The notes under the pieces are model-generated. The model made no database searches. It was not told where the DNA came from and saw only the letters and a program-made list of their open reading frames with translations. Below, piece after piece: positions 44,459-47,951 of a stretch of 47,951 nucleotides of DNA. The stretch is from positions 1 to 47,951 of IMG/VR virus record IMGVR_UViG_3300040985_001055; one strand, 5' to 3'. Source of the stretch: a virus (Duplodnaviria; Caudoviricetes). Within the stretch, counting starts at the first letter, position 1, and every line of letters begins with the position of its first letter. The position numbers and the translations under genes were made by a program.

Positions 44459-44770
44459 GCTTAATCAACAATCATTTCACTCTATCAATTCTCAATCACG
44501 AATCATTCTGATTACATTGACCCACCCCCTGGGGGAAAACACGGGACTCCTAACCCCCTCCACCTATCCCCTAGAACACGTTTTATTTTTTTCTACATGG
44601 AAGCCTTTCCCTTTGTTTCTTTTACGAAACAGTTAAGTCTTTCTTTTCTCTTATCTTTTGGCATGTTTTTTGAATTGGATTGTATATTATTTTTTTTATT
44701 TAGTGTTTGCAAAGAAGTATTCGTTATGTTACATAGGTCAATAGTTATTATGTGACATAGGAGATCTGAA

Positions 44771-45013
44771 TTGTTTAAGGTTACGTGTATTGAGTGTGAA
44801 GAGAAGTTTGAGTCCAAGACTATGTTTGCTGAGTTGTGTAGTGGCAAGTGTAGACAGAGGAGGTACAGGCGTACCCAGAAGGGTAAGGCTAATGTATTGA
44901 AGTTTAGTAAGAAGGTAAAGAAGCGTGTTGTTAAGAGGGTGTGTGGTGTATGTGGTGATGATTTTAAGACTACCAGGAAGGATAGGGTTAGGTGTGATGG
45001 GTGTATTAGGTGA
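44771..45013 (+). CDS. Basic zinc-finger protein
   Basis: CxxC..F....., CS..CRQ..YR, CxxC, CxxC; AGGAG RBS. Confidence 0.7.
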   Translation: MFKVTCIECEEKFESKTMFAELCSGKCRQRRYRRTQKGKANVLKFSKKVKKRVVKRVCGVCGDDFKTTRKDRVRCDGCIR

Positions 45014-45579
45014 CAGATAAATACTGGCTATGTTGTGGTTCTAAGGCGGTGAATCATGATGATGAAGTGGCACTACATTGTATAGGATTCTTGGCAGGGG
45101 ATAGTCATAACTATAATACATCAGAAGAGCATATTGCCCGACAGTTTGAAAGGTTGGGATTTAGTAAGGAAGAGTCAAATAAACTTTGTAATAAGGAGTT
45201 GGCGATGGAAGACTTAGGCAGTGGTCCAAATGTAGGGAGCAGTAAGGAGAGGGAAGATGTTCCTGAGGAGATGAAGGCGTTTACGATAAAGATGAATGAG
45301 AGAGAAGCTGCGCTGTACAGTAGGGGCTATAAAGATGGCAAGGCGTCTGAGGTTGTCTTGATTGAGAAGGATCGTAACAGGCGTGAGAGAGAGCTTGAGT
45401 GGAGGCAGAAAGAGCAGCATGATCTTTGGAATATAAGGGTTAGGGATGAAAAGATTCGTGATATACATGCAGATGCCCGTAATCAACATTACTATTTCCT
45501 GAATAACCTGGACGCTGTCGTAAAGGTAGTTATCGCAGCAGGTATCATATCAATTGTAATCGCACTATTTACATCATGA
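45010..45579 (+). CDS. Hypothetical protein with C-terminal TM
   Basis: YWLCCGS N-terminus, coil, TM. Confidence 0.6.
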   Translation: MTDKYWLCCGSKAVNHDDEVALHCIGFLAGDSHNYNTSEEHIARQFERLGFSKEESNKLCNKELAMEDLGSGPNVGSSKEREDVPEEMKAFTIKMNEREAALYSRGYKDGKASEVVLIEKDRNRRERELEWRQKEQHDLWNIRVRDEKIRDIHADARNQHYYFLNNLDAVVKVVIAAGIISIVIALFTS

Positions 45580-45791
45580 GCATAGTCATCTGTTGCAAAA
45601 ACTGTTTGTATACGAAGCCATGTTTCTTGTGTGAGGACCATTCTCAGTTCTTCCATAAAAAGCATATGGTACCGGAAGAGATTACTGAGGTTAAGTTCCT
45701 GGGAAGTACTCCAGTTCTTAATAGGGGTCATAGTCCTGTGGACTCAAAGAGGCGTTCTAATCGACATGTTAGAGATATGAGGGAAAGATGA
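45576..45791 (+). CDS. Cys-rich hypothetical protein
   Basis: ATGA-coupled; CCKNC..PCFLC. Confidence 0.5.
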   Translation: MSIVICCKNCLYTKPCFLCEDHSQFFHKKHMVPEEITEVKFLGSTPVLNRGHSPVDSKRRSNRHVRDMRER

Positions 45792-45805
45792 AAGGAGGGT
45801 ATTAG

Positions 45806-45961
45806 ATGCCAGTAGCAAGTTGTTGTAATTGTTTAGCTTATAATAATAAAGAAGAGATGTGTAGAGAGAATCCCGTAGAGGTTAAGAAGAAGCCAAGTGA
45901 TTGGTGTAGACAGCATGAGACAGATAGGAATAAGACGCATCCACCTAAAAGGAAATCATGA
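45806..45961 (+). CDS. 51-aa Cys-rich protein (CxxC...CRxNP...DWC)
   Basis: Hand translation; AGGAGG RBS. Confidence 0.6.
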   Translation: MPVASCCNCLAYNNKEEMCRENPVEVKKKPSDWCRQHETDRNKTHPPKRKS

Positions 45962-46128
45962 AGAACTTTATCAAACACATGTTTCAGATTATAACTACCG
46001 GTTATCAGAGAACGGAACTGCCTGATGACAATTGTTGTGTGTGCCATTCCTTTGGGAAAGTAACAACATTGCCTTTTGTTGGGGCGAGAAAGTTTTGTTT
46101 AAACTGTGCAAGATCTATTATGAGATAA
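45958..46128 (+). CDS. 56-aa zinc-finger protein
   Basis: Hand translation; CCVC...FCLNC; ATGA-coupled. Confidence 0.55.
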   Translation: MKNFIKHMFQIITTGYQRTELPDDNCCVCHSFGKVTTLPFVGARKFCLNCARSIMR

Positions 46129-46131
46129 GAA

Positions 46132-46416
46132 ATGACAACTATTAACTTTAAAAATACCAAGCCTAAAGACGAGAAGCAGGAAGAGGCCGAGGCGTTGTAT
46201 GCAGAAATCAATAAACTCTCCGGTGCCGTACATGTAGGTGATAGGCTTGGGCGCAATGACCGGTGTTTATGTGGAAGTGGTAAGAAGTTCAAGAAATGCT
46301 GTCTCAGTGTACACGAAGGGCTGAAGGTGAATTTAAAGAAGAGGATTGAAACGTATAGAGCTCTTTGTATTGAAATAAGAAATAAAATGAGGGAAGACCT
46401 CTTGAAAACGAAATGA
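46132..46416 (+). CDS. SEC-C motif protein
   Basis: GRNDRCLCGSGKKFKKCC. Confidence 0.88.
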   Translation: MTTINFKNTKPKDEKQEEAEALYAEINKLSGAVHVGDRLGRNDRCLCGSGKKFKKCCLSVHEGLKVNLKKRIETYRALCIEIRNKMREDLLKTK

Positions 46417-46516
46417 TAAAGCAGCTACTTAAACACGGAGATAGGTCGTCATCAATTTGTCCTGACTGTCTTTTTTATGTAACATCCATAGGTATAACCT
46501 TAATCCTGGTTGCCGG

Positions 46517-46753
46517 TTGTCTTTTGTTAGGAATAAAATGATCTACATGCCAGACAATAAGAGCATACTTCAAAAGATAATCGAGTTTAAGATTAAGTAC
46601 TACAAGGATCATGGCGTAAAGCCTAATGTAATCTATCTGGATCCGGATGAACGCCAGGATCTGAAGATTGCCTGTAAGATAGTAGAGTGGGATCATCCTG
46701 TTCATATTTTTGAAATGTTAATGAAAAATGCGGAGGATAGAGATGGACTTTAA
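46517..46753 (+). CDS. Hypothetical protein
   Basis: ORF track; G..PN.IYL motif. Confidence 0.55.
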   Translation: MSFVRNKMIYMPDNKSILQKIIEFKIKYYKDHGVKPNVIYLDPDERQDLKIACKIVEWDHPVHIFEMLMKNAEDRDGL

Positions 46754-47006
46754 AAGTGCACTAGGGAAGCTGAATATTGAAGATTATGGAGAAAGGATAT
46801 TCCATAGCAATTCACACGGAGAGTTACTTCACTTGGCTGACTATGCAAACATTGTTGATATGTTTGACGATGTGTCTTGGTTTCGGGAATGGTTTGAAGC
46901 GACTGTGAAGTCTGCAGAGGAAAAATGGGAAAGGCCCGAATCGGTTTTCCAGCATATCCCAAGAATATTAAAAGAACATTTAAAACAGTATATAGATGGT
47001 GAGTGA
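46728..47006 (+). CDS. Hypothetical protein (probable start ATG 46743)
   Basis: GGAGG RBS; L.IEDY.ERI..SNSHGEL. Confidence 0.65.
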   Translation: MRRIEMDFKSALGKLNIEDYGERIFHSNSHGELLHLADYANIVDMFDDVSWFREWFEATVKSAEEKWERPESVFQHIPRILKEHLKQYIDGE

Positions 47007-47280
47007 GCCTAAAATACTTAACGGTACAGTCTATGTAGATCCTCATACCTGCAAGAAGCTTGTCCTGATGCACATAGACAAAGGGAAATATGCAATGCTC
47101 TATGTGCATCAAGGGGCAGTGATAACTTTTGTTCCTTCATTTCAGTTTGACGTTAATGGAGAATTCATGTTTACGATGGATGAATTGAAAGCATTCTACC
47201 ATTTTGATGATTGGGTAAAACTCGATCAATGTATAAATATTGTAAATATAGAACAAGTATGGAATACAAGAGCACTGTAA
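46996..47280 (+). CDS. Hypothetical protein
   Basis: ORF track; operon packing. Confidence 0.55.
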   Translation: MVSEPKILNGTVYVDPHTCKKLVLMHIDKGKYAMLYVHQGAVITFVPSFQFDVNGEFMFTMDELKAFYHFDDWVKLDQCINIVNIEQVWNTRAL

Positions 47281-47308
47281 GGTGCGAGGAAGAAGGAGGA
47301 TAAGGGTT

Positions 47309-47761
47309 ATGAAAATAAACGAGAAACTAAACAAGGCATTTGTTAAACTAATTGAAACAAGCATAGAGACGAATAAGCTGTGCAGGAAAGTGTATTCAGA
47401 GTATTGTTCACTAAAGAACAACCCTGTTGAGAGTGCTATTAACTTTTGTACTGTGAACTGTAATGTGGGAAGGGGAGTTGGCAAGACAGAATATATTCTC
47501 AACAATGCCGGGCCTAACGATTTGATCATTGTAAGCGAGGACAGATTTAAATCCAAGATTAAAGAAAAAAACAATTTTGCAACTGTCCTGTCTGTATGTG
47601 ATCTGCAGAACCGTCGTGCTTCACTCACAAGATTTGTAAATTTCTATATCGACGAGCCTCACAGGATTTTTAGAAACAAAGAGATGTTGTATGAATTTTA
47701 TTGTCAATCTGCATCTGAAGAAAGAGAACAAACATGGATATTTTTAGGGACACAGGTTTAA
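47309..47761 (+). CDS. Small stand-alone P-loop NTPase
   Basis: GRGVGKT Walker A, FYIDEP Walker B; AGGAGG RBS. Confidence 0.7.
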   Translation: MKINEKLNKAFVKLIETSIETNKLCRKVYSEYCSLKNNPVESAINFCTVNCNVGRGVGKTEYILNNAGPNDLIIVSEDRFKSKIKEKNNFATVLSVCDLQNRRASLTRFVNFYIDEPHRIFRNKEMLYEFYCQSASEEREQTWIFLGTQV

Positions 47762-47790
47762 GATATAGAAAGGAAGGGGCGGTAAGGGTT

Positions 47791-47951
47791 ATGGAAAACA
47801 TAGAAGCGGAAAAAGGTGATAAGGTTATTTATACTGGAGCCAGTGATGAACAGGTAAGATGGGGTGGATGTGATGACCCAAGAGGTATACTTGAAGAGGG
47901 GAAAGAATATGTTATTAATCATACAGAGATCCACTCATGGCACACAAAAGC
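47791..47951 (+). CDS. 72-aa hypothetical protein spanning the circular join (continues to 153)
   Basis: MENIEAEKGDKVIYTGASDEQVRWGGCDDPRG...HSWHTKVYLEG...FENV. Confidence 0.8.
   Translation, partial: MENIEAEKGDKVIYTGASDEQVRWGGCDDPRGILEEGKEYVINHTEIHSWHTK
47857..47950. repeat. Terminal direct repeat, copy 2
   Basis: Identical to 1-94. Confidence 0.95.

Noticed and set aside
45958-46128. CxxCH heme-binding motif (CCVCH)
   Set aside because: No signal peptide, and a second CxxC indicates a zinc finger
63-47628. Numerous minus-strand and alternative-frame ORFs in the track (e.g. 3225..3734, 23713..24210, 40469..40843, 47137..47628)
   Set aside because: Shadow ORFs overlapping well-supported genes, with no recognisable motifs or RBS
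1-47951. Stop-codon reassignment suggested by the odd tRNA-like loops (TTA/TAG, TCA)
   Set aside because: Core genes are full length in the standard code, and TAA, TAG and TGA all terminate conserved genes

Overview
The window appears to be a complete, circularly permuted dsDNA phage genome of about 47.86 kb. Bases 1-94 repeat at 47857-47950, and a 72-aa ORF reads through the join. Almost all genes lie on the + strand. The virion module is podovirus-type (BPP-1/epsilon15/T7-like gene order): an intein-containing TerL, portal, scaffold, major capsid, cement protein, tail tubular A/B, internal virion proteins and tail fibre. It is paired with a lambdoid replication/recombination module (Bet-like SSAP, PD-(D/E)xK exonuclease, RusA, replication initiator, DnaC-like loader). 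I recognised no integrase, CI repressor, DNA or RNA polymerase, reverse transcriptase or classical endolysin. The most notable signals are: (i) a P1-c4/P4-CI-like antisense hairpin with duplicated target boxes that bracket two tRNA genes just upstream of the replication initiator; (ii) an array of structured non-coding elements, including tRNA-like RNAs with abnormal loops; (iii) a palindromic sigma54-type promoter with an IHF consensus site and a recurring GCAGTA-N4-TACTGC palindrome; (iv) an O-antigen ligase-like gene plus TPR partner within a cluster of membrane/exported proteins; (v) virion-type proteins carrying Sec signal peptides. All family assignments come from motif recognition and gene order, not database searches.
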